From Chiloscyllium plagiosum (taxonomy: Eukaryota), in contig NC_057718.1 in the NCBI RefSeq assembly GCF_004010195.1, positions 54,374,972-54,438,971 on the forward strand: 64,000 nt of DNA, written 5' to 3'. The position numbers and the translations under genes are program-made. The notes under the pieces were generated by a model, which ran no database searches, had not been told where the DNA came from, and was given only the letters and a program-made list of their open reading frames with translations. Positions 14,730 to 27,011 of the stretch are shown here, piece after piece. Every line of letters begins with the position of its first letter. Within the stretch, counting starts at the first letter, position 1.

Positions 14730-15522
14730 CAAACACTTCTCCCAGCCCCTCCATCATGTCAACATAAAATATGTTGTCGAGCCACCAAGTTGATAATACA
14801 AAGTCACCATTCAGTTATTACAGAAGGCAAAGAAACCAAATTATCCCTCCTGGATATTTGGTGCACTCCTCCTCCACTCCCACAGCGCTTTCCCAGACAA
14901 TTACACTACTTACCCATTTCCCTCCTCACTATCCAATCCCAAATGAAGAAGCAATTTACCTGCACCTCTTTCAATGTAGCATTTGCCATTCACAGTGTTG
15001 TCTATTCTGCACTGGGAGTTGAAACACAGATTGGGTGATCACTTCATGAAACACCTATGCTCACTCTTAAAAATGATGCCAAATTCCCAGTCACCTGCTA
15101 CTTCAAATCACCACTGCGGTGCCATGTCAACATTTCTGTCTCAGGCCAGCCACAGTTCTCCAGTTAAGCTCAACACAAGTGGGAGGAGCAATACCTCATC
15201 ATCTACCTGGTACCTTGCAACCTTCAGGACTCAACATTGAGTTTAATAATTTTGAGAAGTGAATTCCCACCTCCATGTTTTTTTTTCTCTCTCTCTCTCT
15301 CCAGTCTTTCAATGTATTCTATTCACTATATCACCAACTCCCCCTACCTCCTGTCATCAGTATGCGTACCAGCCTTATCCAACTGCTTTCAGTTCTGATG
15401 AAGGGTCACTGAACTCAAAACAATAATTCTGTGTTCTCTCTACAGATACCACCAGATCTGGTGAGTTTCTTCAGCAGTTTCTGTTTTTGTTTCAGATTTC
15501 CAGCATCTGGAGTTCTTTGACT
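14730..15522 (+). mobile_element. Penelope-like element 3' fragment (decayed GIY-YIG plus tail with degenerate hammerhead near 15395)
   Basis: FTCTSFNV...RLGDHFMKHL remnants; tail ttCTGATGAagggtcactgaactcaaaa. Confidence 0.65.
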
Positions 15523-16339
15523 TAGTTTAAGGAAATTGGAAGGCTGCCTGCCATTTTGAAATAATCAGTTAACAAGCTATTAAAGGCCATGTGATGTAAG
15601 TTTTCATTGACTTCAGCACTTACCAGGCGTTAGAAGGTTTAAGAGTTTTGCAGCAGCTCTGATGAGGTGGTGACACATAAAAAGGGCTGCCATTGGGACA
15701 TTGGCAACATATCACCACAGATTCCCCTAGTGAGGGTGGAATGTCTATATGTTCTTGGACTTCAGTTATTACATTTTTTTGAGCTTCGCATAAAGAAAAA
15801 TTTGAAAATACCCTTAAATCTGTGGCAGTACCCTTAAATCAATAGCATTATAATTCCTCTGTATGTTTTTTGACTATGTGTTCATTGGCTTCTGTTAAAA
15901 CTATGAGATTGAAAAGTAATTTTGTTTTGGGGCTATGTCTTTAATGTGAGGTGCATGAAGAAGATTGCATTTAATTGTTGGAGGTTAAAGGGGTCTCGAA
16001 TACTTTACATAGAGAAAGGTCTAAGGGTTTTATACATGGATCCAATGGCAGCAGCCTGTAACTAAGAGCAGTAGGGTTGTGTGACTCCAAAGCCCAGTAA
16101 ATGCTGAGAATACTAGGTTGGAAACAGATGTACTTTAATGTGCTCATTTAGTTCCAAGATGAAAGTTAGGTTCTCAAGGACAGCAAATGAACATTTTTAA
16201 TGGAATCCAGGGCCTATGTGATTCATGTTGCCATAGTGATGGGCTTAGAAATGGGCATAGACGAAGTGTTATAAAAGGTCTGAGAGAGAGATAGAAATAT
16301 CAAATCCCATGCAAAATTTAACAAGTTTGGATGACCTTC

Positions 16340-16890
16340 GAAGCTTGTAAAGTATTTGTTCAACTCTTCTACCATGTCCTGACTCACTGTTATAATCCCC
16401 ACAGCCTCATTCTCTATGGGGTCTGAATTCACCATTGCCTCTCTCTTGCTTTTTATGTATTTAAAGAAGCTCTTATTGTTTGTTTTTATGTTATTTACTA
16501 GTTTACCCTCATTGTTTATTTTCTGAATCTTGTTGGTCATCTTTTGGTGTTTTCTAAAACTTTCCCAATCCTCTGATTTACCACTAATCTTTACCACATT
16601 GTGAGTCTGCAATCACATGTAGGCCAGACCAGGCCAGGATGGCAGACTTGTATGCTTTTTTTCTTTCAATGTGATGCTGTTCTTAACTTACCTGGTTAAC
16701 CGTTGTTCTTTTATCCATTTCCTAGAGTCATTTTGTTTTCATTGGAATATATATTTGCTGAGTCATGAACTAATCTCTGAAACATCTGTCATCATTCCAT
16801 CATTCAGCAACTATTATTTATGCTAAGTTCCTTTGCTAGTCCATTCCAGCCAACTTTCCCCTCAGTCCCTTGTAATTACACTTATTAGCA
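16340..16890 (-). mobile_element. CR1 internal ORF2 fragment (endonuclease-RT linker)
   Basis: ORF 16223..16612 NIKTNNKSFFKYIKSKR ... ELNKYFTS is typical of the CR1 ORF2 linker. Confidence 0.75.
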
Positions 16891-17629
16891 TAGCTTTTAG
16901 TCCTTAATGAGATAAGAGTGGGATTTCCAAGCCTGAAGTCTTACCTTAAGAACTGCTAGTCAATCACTGGGTAAGTGAGGGCATTTTAGCCAGGGAGAGA
17001 TGGGAGGCCACAGTGTAGAGAGAATGGAGGACTAGGTTTTAGAAGTCAGACAGAGGTACCAGTTGTGAACACAATCCTGTAGTGGGACAAGGGCAACATT
17101 TCCTTTCAGCTTCAAGACCATGTAGCCACTCTGAACATAACACACGGGAACCCAAATGCAGGTATCCTCCCCTTCCTTCCCATTTTCCTGAGCAGTGTGA
17201 TCTCCCAGAGAGAAATACCAGCAAAGAAAAACAGATTAACTTGGAAATTAACTACATGGATTTAAACTTTTCAATCTCAATGCAAATGTCTAGGTGCCCT
17301 GTCTCTCTCCACCAGATTCTGAAAGACTAACCCACCTGTGATATTTTAGAAAAGTCATGATTTTTTTTATTCACTCATGGGCTATGGGTATTGCTTGCAG
17401 GCCAGCATTTATTTGCCTCCTCTAGTTGCCTTCTTAAATGGCTGCATTCCATGTGCTGTATGTAGATCTACGGTGTCATTGGGGATTGCACAAGTAAACG
17501 TGAGAAGGAGAGGGGTCTCCTGTGCTATTTTCCCTCTCATTTTTTTTCTCCTCCCCAGACATTCCAGTCTCCCCATATCTCCAAGGTCTGAGACCAGAAA
17601 TCAATGTTAGGTCACGCACATACACACAC

Positions 17630-17720
17630 CTGCCTCACAGCACCAGGGTCCCAGGTTCAATTCCAGCCTCAGGTGACTATCTGTGTGGAGTTTGCACATT
17701 CTCCCTGTTTCTGCGTGGGT
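17630..17720 (+). mobile_element. tRNA-derived V-SINE (HE1-type) fragment
   Basis: B box GGTTCAATTCC followed by the V-domain motif tgtgtggagtttgcacattctccc. Confidence 0.75.
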
Positions 17721-18129
17721 CTATAGGGCCTACTGTGTTGAAAGTGGGAAAGGAAAACCACAAAGTAGTCTAACAAGAAGACACAGTATCTTAACAAGAT
17801 ATAGTTTATTGCATGATAGCAATCAAGTACAAGTTGCATTAGTAAGACAGACATTGTTAAAAAGAATATGAGGTAGGTCTGTCTTCCTGAAAATCCTGCA
17901 ATGTTCTACAGTTTCTCTCCCAAGTTCTTTTTTCCAACAATCCACAACAGTTTCATGGCTATTATCATAAGACTGTTAACTCCAGTACTTTTTATTGAAT
18001 TCAAATTCCGCTATATACCATGGCAATACAGGTATTTGAAACCAGTCCCTGTGAAACCTCATGTAGCATCATTGAAACATAGAAACGTAGAAAATAGGTG
18101 ATTTTCCTCTGCAGACCATCAATTATACC

Positions 18130-19085
18130 CTTACTGGCATAAAATTCACTAAAGAGGAGGAAAACAACAACAAACTGCCACTCCTAGATGTTACAGTAGA
18201 ATGAACAGTCAATGGGAAACTTCAAACCAGTATCTACAGGAAAACAACACATATGGACCAAATATTGAACTACAGAAGCAATCATCCCAACATCCACAAA
18301 AGAAGCTGCATCAGATCATTTCAATGAACCAACGCACACTGCAGCACAGAGGGACTACGTAGAGCAGAGGAAAATCACCTATACCTTGTGTTCAAAAAGA
18401 ATAGGTACGCAATGACCACAGTCTGCCAATTTCTCAGCAACAAACCCAAACAAGCAGACAAAACACCTCCAGAAACCCTAGCCACTCTCCTCTAAATCAA
18501 AGACATCTTGGAAATGACTGCTAGACTACTCAGACCCCTTGGCATCATGGTAGCCCACAAACCCTGCAACACACTAAAATAGCAGCTAATGAACTTGAAA
18601 GATCCTTTACAGACAACAAGCAAAACTAATGTCATTTATAAAATATCGTGCAAGAACTGTAACAAACACTACGTTAGACAAACAGGGAAAAAACTAGCCA
18701 CCAGGATACATAACATCAACTAGCCACAAAACCACATGACCCTCTCTCACTAGTATCCTTACATACAGATAAGGAAGGACACCACTTTGACTGGGACAAC
18801 ACATCCATCCTAGGACAAGCCAAACAGAGACACGCACAAGAATTCCTAAAAGCATGACATTCCAACCGGAACTCTATCAACAAACACATTGGGTTATATC
18901 CCATCTACCACCCCCTGAGAAAAAGAACCGGAAATGACATCACCACAGAAAATGACATCACCAACACAAAGAAACCCAAACATATAAACAGAAAGCAGGA
19001 ATCATCAAAAGTGCTTTGCCCAGAGGCCCACTGAAGATGTTACCTAGTAGGGTGGCGAAATGTCTGGAAATGAACCTTCCAGCTC
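18130..19085 (+). mobile_element. Penelope-like retroelement, 5'-truncated (RT C-terminus, GIY-YIG, 3' hammerhead)
   Basis: Reading across stops gives KLPLLDVTV, IYRKTTHMDQILNYRSNHP, NVIYKISCKNCNKHYVRQTG, FDWDNTSILG; homologous to ORF 57322..57849. Confidence 0.88.
19028..19067 (+). ncRNA. Minimal hammerhead ribozyme motif (Penelope-associated)
   Basis: cca CTGAAGA t GTTACC tagtag GGTGGC GAAA tGTC tgg: helix I cca/tgg, 6-bp helix II with G-U pairs, GUC site; helix III ACGT is mutated to ATGT. Confidence 0.7.
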
Positions 19086-19795
19086 AGCGAGCAAACCTAC
19101 ATCCTTCTTGAAAACATTCAATTATTTGTTCTCAACCACTTTCTATAGCAAAGAATTCCACAGATGTTTTAATCTGAAGACATTTCTCATCCTCTTAATC
19201 TTAAATGGTCTACCTAGTATCATTAATGATCTGATCCTGGACTCCCTGGTCATCATGAAAATCCTTCCTGGATTTACCCTGTCTAGTCCTGCTAGAATTT
19301 TATACGTTTCTATGAAATCCCTCATCATTCTTCTAAATATGGTTCTAATCAATCCTGCCAATCCAGGAATCAGTCTTATAAACCTTTGTTGCACTTCCTC
19401 AGTGGTGAGGACATCCTTCCTCAGATAAGAAAACCAAAACTGCACACTATTATCCAAGTGTGGCTCAACAAATCCAAGAATGGTTGCAGCAAGATATCCC
19501 TGCTCCTACATTTGAATCGTCTTGCTATGAAGGCCAATATACCACTTGTCTTCTTCATAGCCTGGTGTACAAGGACACCCAAGTCTTGTTGCACTTTCCC
19601 CTTTCCCAGTCTAACATCATTCAGATAACAAACCGCCTTCCTGTTTTCTCATTGACGTGGATAACCACACATTTATCGACATCATACTTCATCTGTCATG
19701 CATTTGCCCACTCCTTCAATTAGTCCGAATCACATTGAAGCATCTCTGTATCTTCCTTGCAGCTTACTCTCCCACCCAACTATGCGTCATCTGAT
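19086..19795 (-). mobile_element. Old CR1 RT fragment
   Basis: ORF 19143..19457 VQFWFSYLRKDVLTTEEVQQRFIRLIPG. Confidence 0.8.
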
Positions 19796-20954
19796 TGGAT
19801 GCAACTGAATACAGACCTCAGCATCAACCCTTTAAGAATAATTTTCTTATAAAAGCTGCCACCCAATTCACACTGCAAACCTTGAGTGATAAAGAGGAAA
19901 AAATGCCCTTTCTATTTATAATTTTAATCATCAAACAATGGGCCAGAGCCATGAAGACAGACTAATTGATTTGGTGATTGAATGTTGCAGATAATTTAAG
20001 AGAAATATCAACAAGTGTAGTGCAAACTGACTAATGTTTTAATCTGGAATGCTATGTGAACTCTTCTGTAAATTCACAATCAGCAAGCACACTGGCCAAG
20101 AGTAAACTAATGAAAAGTGGCTTGATTGGAAACTTCCCTAAAGTGTGGGTAGTAAATCTGAAATCCCATATGTCTGTGTTTTGCTTACAAACTAAAAATA
20201 TGTTTGTGGGATTCTGACAGCAATAATATGTGCACAATAACCTATAATTCAAATTAAGCTCCCTGCAGATTTTCCTGAAATCCTTCCCACACGTGTATTG
20301 ATTTTTTTCCAATGTGATAAATTGACAGTGCAAACATAAACTGTAGCCTTCGGTTGCATTAAATGTTTATGAAATTTGAATGTGCGAACACCAATCAAGC
20401 CTAAACTGATAGAATTCCCATTCAGAAATGCATACCGAATTGAAGCAAATCAAAATAGAAGTATATTTTAATAGTGTCCCTCATTTCCTCTGCTTAGTTT
20501 CAAATCTATAGCCTTTGTTCATGAGAGACGATAGCATTCGTGTGAAAAATAAACCACAATTTTTATGGTATTCTCTTCAGAAATGCAACCACTATGTATT
20601 TGATGAAACATTAGTAAACCTCCATTGTTTAATATATACCTTTGAAGTACTGATCAAACTGTAAGAATTCAGAAATGCATCGATGACTGAGACCAGAACA
20701 AACCAAACTCCTGCTTGGAAAATAGGCACAACCTATGTAATTCAAACAGTATTGGGATTACAAATCAAAGTTCTTTTCTAGTCAAACTTAAGAACTGCTG
20801 TTTGAAAATGTCATGACAATGAAAGCTATAGTAATGCAGTTTGAGTTTAAACTTTAAACAAACCAAACAGACAAAAGCAAGCTTGCTAAACAAGAGTTAA
20901 AAAAGCAGCTCTTGCAGTAATATTTTTAAATGAATCAATTTGGCAAATAGAATT

Positions 20955-22500
20955 AATGAGAATCCAAAGAGTTTTACAAATACATTAAGGACAAAAGGGT
21001 AACTAGGGAGAGAATAGGGCCCCTCAAAGATCAGCAAGGCGGCCTTTGTGTGGAGACGCAGAAAATGGGGGAGATACTAAATGAGTATTTGCATCAGTAT
21101 TTACTGTGGAAAAGGATATGGAAGATATAGACTGTAGGGAAATAGATGGTGACATCTTGCAAAATATCCATATTACAGAGGAGGAAGTGCTGGATGTCTG
21201 AAATGCATAAAAGTGGATAAATCCCTAGGACCTGATCAGGTGTTACCAAGAACTCTGTGGGAAGCTAGAGAAGTGATTGCTGGGCCTCTTGCTGAGATAT
21301 TTGTATCATCAATAGTCACAGGTGAGGTGCCGGAAGACTGGAGTTTGGCAAATGTGGTGCCACTGTTTAAGAAGGGTGGTGAGAACTATCGACCAGTGAG
21401 CCTGACGTCAGTGGTGGGCAAGGTGTTGGAGGGAATCCTGAGGGACAGGATGTACATGTATTTGGAAAGGCAAGGACTGATTAGGCATAATCAACATGGC
21501 TTTGTGCATGGGAAATCATGTCTCACAAACTTGATTGAGTTTTTTGAGGAAGTAACAAAGAGGATTGATGAGGGCAGAGTGGTAGATGTGATCGATGTGG
21601 ACTTCAGTAAGGCGTTGACAAGGTTCCCCATGGAGACTGATTAGCAAGGTTAGATCTCACGGAATACAGGGAGAACTAGCCATTTGGATACAGAACCGGC
21701 TCAAAGATAGAAGACAGAGGGTGGTGGTGGAGGGTTGTTTTTCAGACTGGAGGCCTGTGACCAGTGGAGTGCCACAAGGATTGGTGCTGGGTCCTCTACT
21801 TTTTGTCATTTACATAAATGATTTGGATGCGAGCATAAGAGGTACAGTTAGTAAGTTTGCAGATGACACCAAAATTGGAGGTGTAGTGGACAGTGAAGNN
21901 NNNNNNNNNNNNNNNNNNNNNNNNNNNNNNNNNNNNNNNNNNNNNNNNNNNNNNNNNNNNNNNNNNNNNNNNNNNNNNNNNNNNNNNNNNNNNNNNNNNN
22001 NNNNNNNNNNNNNNNNNNNNNNNTTTACAAGGATGTTGCCAGGGTTAGAGGATTTGAGCTATAGGGAGAGGCTGAACAGGCTGGGGCTGTTTTCCCTAGA
22101 GTGTCAGAGGCTGAGGGGTGACCTTGTAGAGGTTTACAAAATCATGAGGGTCATGGATAGGATAAATAGACAAAGTCTTTTCCCTGAGGTCAGGGAGTCC
22201 AGAACTAGAGGACATAGGTTTAGGGTGAGAGGGGAAAGATATAAAAGAGACCTACGGGGCAACTTTTTCACACAGAGGGTGGTACATGTATGGAATGATC
22301 TGCCAGAGGAAGTGGTGGAGGCTGATACAATTGCAACATTTAAGAGGCATTGGATGAGTATATGAATAGGAAGGGTTTGGAGGGATATGGGCCGGGTGCT
22401 GGCAGATGGGACTAGATTGGGTTGGGATATCTGGTCGGCATGGACGGGTTGGACCGAAGGGTTTGTTTCCATGCTGTACATCTCTATGACTCTATGACTC
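20955..22500 (+). mobile_element. Young CR1 LINE, 5'-truncated, interrupted by an assembly gap
   Basis: ORFs 21213..21644 and 21721..22365 ([17 protein letters not shown]); tail ctctatgactctatgactc; same family as 6811..7932. Confidence 0.95.
21899..22023. other. Assembly gap (125 N)
   Basis: Run of N in the sequence. Confidence 1.
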
Positions 22501-24169
22501 CAATCTATATGGAGCAATCAGATCATCTTCTTTATTTCTTTGCCTCAGATCTGTTTGTGTTTTCAAATTGTATTTTTAGGGCACTCAAAACTACTTTGGC
22601 TAAGCAGAGTGATTGAACAATAGGAATAGCTGACAGAAATATCTTCAGTTACTAATGTAATGGCAGGATGGGCATACCTGATTTTTTTGAAGAAAAATAC
22701 CCAAACTAGGGGACAGTTTAGTTTATTTTCAAATTTAGTAAGTGGCATTCAAAGGTGTATAAACCCATCCCAGACAAAAGGACCAAACCCATTCTCCTTT
22801 TACTTAATACAGTCACGATTGTCTTCTCTCTTCGTCAATATCTTTGTGTGTAGTCTCCTCTCCAACTTTGTTTATTTTGTCCTTTTTTTCTTTCTTTTAA
22901 TTATCACTTCTTCAATATTTTCTCTCGGTTCTTTGTAGGCCTGTATCTGAGAGGCCCTCTCTTTCTCTTGTTGCTGGTTTCTTCCCCTCTATGTTGCTGG
23001 TTTTCTCTCTTGCTTGTCTCCCATTCACAGTTGCTATTGAACACTGTCTCCTCACCATGTTGTGACTCTATCCATCCATGCTGCGTGTTTTACCATTGGT
23101 ACTCTCCCTGTACTTTGTCCTTTAGCTGCACCATAGAACTATCGAAAATAGGAGCAGGAGTAAGCTATTTGACTCTCGAAGCTTGCTCCACCATTCAAAA
23201 TGATCATGGTTGATCGCCCAACTATTACCCCGTTTCTGCTTTCTGCCCATACCATTTGATCCCTTTAGCTCTAAGAACTGTGGCAAACACATATTGCAGT
23301 TTCCTATTTAACTCACTTTTTTATACTTCTTTTCCACTTTTTCTATTCTGCTTTCTCTTCCCTTCACCCTGAAATGTTTCTTCATTCTCTTTCCTTTCTC
23401 TTTCTCTCCCTCTGTGCAGCCTTCTCTTCATCCAGCTTTTACCCAGCATTCCCATTTCTTGTCTTCAACTGACCTTCCTACCATTACCCTTTCACCTGCC
23501 ATCTGAAGCCCACGTCCAGGCACCAAACCTGGCTATTCCCAACTGTGAAAACAGCAAAGGTGACTCGGAAATACAAGACAACCTCCTCTTGTTGGCATCA
23601 ATTTTGCTGTAATTAAGTCTGAGCAATTTCTGATGCATGAAACGGTTGGTCCTGGTGACCTCTAATTATCCCTCTGACAAAATGGCCCAAGATAGGATGG
23701 AGCAGGAAAGCAGCTAATTTTAGCTCTCAGCCTCTTGCAATCTTGGCGTCATCAGGAGCCATAAACTTCTGCCCCCGTCATTTCCCTGTTACACTACCTC
23801 CAACTAATACAAGGTTTTTGCTGAATAATTTAACAGCAACAAGGCATGAGCAGCAGAAAACAGGAGGCAGGTTCACATTTTCAGTTTGGAAATCTTCGTT
23901 AATAAAAAAAAGAAACTAAAATGAGCTCCCCAGACATAATAATATAGGAACATGGGAGCTGGTGTAGGCCTTTCAACCCACTGAGTCTGCTACACCATTC
24001 AATATATTTATGGCTGATCATCTCTTCAATCTTTCCCACACTATCCCCATACCCTTTGACATCATTGGTGGTTAGAAACATGTTGCCCTCTAATGTTATG
24101 ACTCACAGGGGGAGCACGTGGAAATCAATCCCCACTATTCTCAAAGTCATCACATAAGTCAAAGATTTC

Positions 24170-24440
24170 TAGAACCAAGGGGCACAGTTTAGATCATTTC
24201 GAACTGAGCTGAGATTTCTTCACCCAGAGTGTGGTGAGCCTGTGGAATTGTCTGCTACAGAAAGCAGTTAAGGCCAAAATATTGAATGTCTTCAAAAAGG
24301 AGTTGGATATAGTTGTTAGGGCCAAAGCGATCAAAGGATGTGAACTGAAAGCAGCAACTGGATGATCAGCCATGATCATATTGAATGTTACGCAGGCTGA
24401 AAGGGCTGAAGGGCCTAATCCTTTTTTTTATGTTTCTATT
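24170..24440 (+). mobile_element. CR1 3' end fragment
   Basis: ttcttcacccagagtgtggtgagcctgtggaattg ... gatcagccatgatcatattgaatg ... tatgtttctat tail. Confidence 0.7.
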
Positions 24441-25067
24441 TTATAAATCTATGGCATTTCCCAATTTACCTGACTTTGAGACCCTGATTGCCAAACATAT
24501 GGACCAAGTTTCTGTACTTATCTAGAATTATTATTAATTACAAGTAAATAAACTCCAACTACAGGTTAATGATTTGAACCATCATCATGACTTCACCAGA
24601 TGAATCTAATACCCTTATATGAATACACACAAAACAACACATGAGAAATTCAGTGATCTCTGTTCACAGGATCTGCTGAAACTGTTCTTGTGTTGATCAG
24701 AACGCTGCTTCTTGTTCTTCCTCCTCCAGATTTCTTCACTTGCTTGCGGGAAACACAAAGGGCAGGTTCAAACTTATAACAGGCATTAGACTTATTAATT
24801 AAAAGTTTTAGCTTACAACAACTATGAAGGAAAAATAAATTGGTTTTCTTCAGATTTTAAAGTGGGTTTTGCTGCAGAGAACAAAGAGAACTCCTGAGCG
24901 GGTGAAGATCTGAAGGCTTCTATGTAGCTTGTTCACATCCCCAAGGTGTTCAGTGATTTGAGAACCAGTCGCATAGTTATTGACAGCAGAAGGCCTTGAC
25001 ATTGATAAATGGTCACTAGTCCACAGACCAATTAGCTACTTGTTGCCTATTGAATCTCCATTTAAAA

Positions 25068-26997
25068 CAAAGAACAACACAACACAGGAACAAGTCCTTC
25101 AGCCCTCCAAGCCTGCGCTGACACATTTTGCCCTTCTATACGAAAACTGTCTTCACTTACAGGATCCGTATCCCTCTATTCCCTTCCAGGTGTATTCATC
25201 CAGGTGCTTCTTGGATGCTGCTATTGTATCTGCTTCCACCACCTCCTCTGGCAAGCACTCCCCACCCTTGGTGTGAAAAATGTGCTTCACACATCTCTTT
25301 TAAACTTCCCTCCCACCCTTGCATCAAGTGTGGACTAACTAAAGTTCTATAAATCTGCAGCATAACTTGTCTATCCTTATATTCAATGCCCCTTCCAATG
25401 AAGGCAAGCATGCCATAGATCTTTTTTATTATCTTATCTGCCTGTACTGCTGCCTTCAGTGATCTGTGGACCTGCGTGCTCAGATCCCTCTGCATATCAA
25501 TACTCCTACGAATTCTGCCATTCACTGTATAATTTCCACCTGTACTTGACCTTCCAAAATGCATCTCCTCACATTTGTCTAGATTAAACTCCATTTGTCA
25601 TTGTTCTGCCCATGCCTCCAACTGCCTCCTGTCGTATCCTCTGACAATCCTCCTCACTGTCCACAACTCTCCCAATCTTTGTATCATCTACAAACTTAAT
25701 AATTAGACCAGCTAAGGTTTCCTCCAAATCATTTATGTAGACCATGAACAGCAGAGATCCCAGCACTGATCATTGTGGAACACCAATAGTCACAACCCTC
25801 ATTCCGAGAAGCATCCTTCCTCTGCTACACTCTGTCTCCTATGTATCAATCTTGCCAGCTCACCCCTGATATCATGTGACTTTACCTTTTGTACAAGTTT
25901 GCCATGAGGGACCTTGTCAAAGGCTTTACTGAAGTCCGCATAGACATCATCAACCGCTTTACCCTCATCAATCTTTATCACCTCTTCAAAAAACTCACCC
26001 GAGTTAATGAGGCATGACGGCCTCACACAAAAACATGCTTCTTGTTGCTAATAAATCTATTTGCTTCTAAATACGTATAGATCTTGTCCCTGAGAAACTT
26101 TTCCAATAATTTTCCTACTACAGATGTGAGGCTCATAGGCCTGTATATTTCCTTGATTATCTCTGCTACCCTTCTTAAACAATGGGTCAACATTGGCTAT
26201 TCTCCAGTCCTCTGGGCACTCACTTGTGGCCAAAGAAGATACAAAGATGTTTGTAAATGCTCCAACAATTTGTTCTCTTGCCTCCCTCAATGTTCTGGAG
26301 TAGATCCCATCAGGAGCCGGGGACTTATCTACCTTAATATTCTTTAAGATGCACAATTCCTCTTCCTTTTTAATACCAACTTGGCTTGGAAATTTGACAC
26401 TCCCTTCCCCAAGACCATCCACCACCAATTCATTCCCTTTGACACAAAGTATTTGTTTAGGACCTCACCTACCTATCCTGGTTCCACAAATAGATTCACT
26501 CCTTTGTCCTTGAGTGGGCCAACCTGTTCCCTGGCTATCATCTTGCTTTTTATTTATATTTAAAAAGCCTTGGGATTCTTCTTAATCCTGTTTGTTAATG
26601 ACTTTTCATGATCTCTTTTCGCCCTTCTAATTCATTGTTTAAGTTTCTTCCTACTTTCCTTATGTATTTCAAGGGCTTCGCCAGTTCCCATCCTCTTAGA
26701 CCTTATGTATGCTTCCTTTTTCTTTTTGGCCAAAGTCATAATATCCCTGGTCATCCAAGATTCACGTACCTTACCATAACTATCTTTCATTCTCACAGGA
26801 ACATGCCACTCCCGAACTCTTACCAACTGTCCTTTAAAAGATTCCCACATGTCCAATGTGGGATTTACCCTCAAACAACCGCCACCAATCAAAATTCACC
26901 AGTTCCTACTTAATATTGTTGTAGTTTGCTTTCCCCCAATTTAACACCTTCACGCAAGGACTGCTGTTATCCCTACCCGTTAGTATCTTAAAACTAA
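25068..26997 (-). mobile_element. CR1 LINE, 5'-truncated, with internal deletion near 25320
   Basis: Minus-strand ORF pieces WESFK, KSPAPDGIYSRTL, PEDWRIANV, DFSKAFDKVPH, YINDLE/FVDDTK, MEFNLDKCE; 3' tail near 25070. Confidence 0.92.
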
Positions 26998-27011
26998 CCA
27001 CTGAAACTAAC

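Noticed and set aside
17630..17670. tRNA gene
   Set aside because: Only the B-box half is present and it continues into a V-SINE domain, so it is a SINE head.
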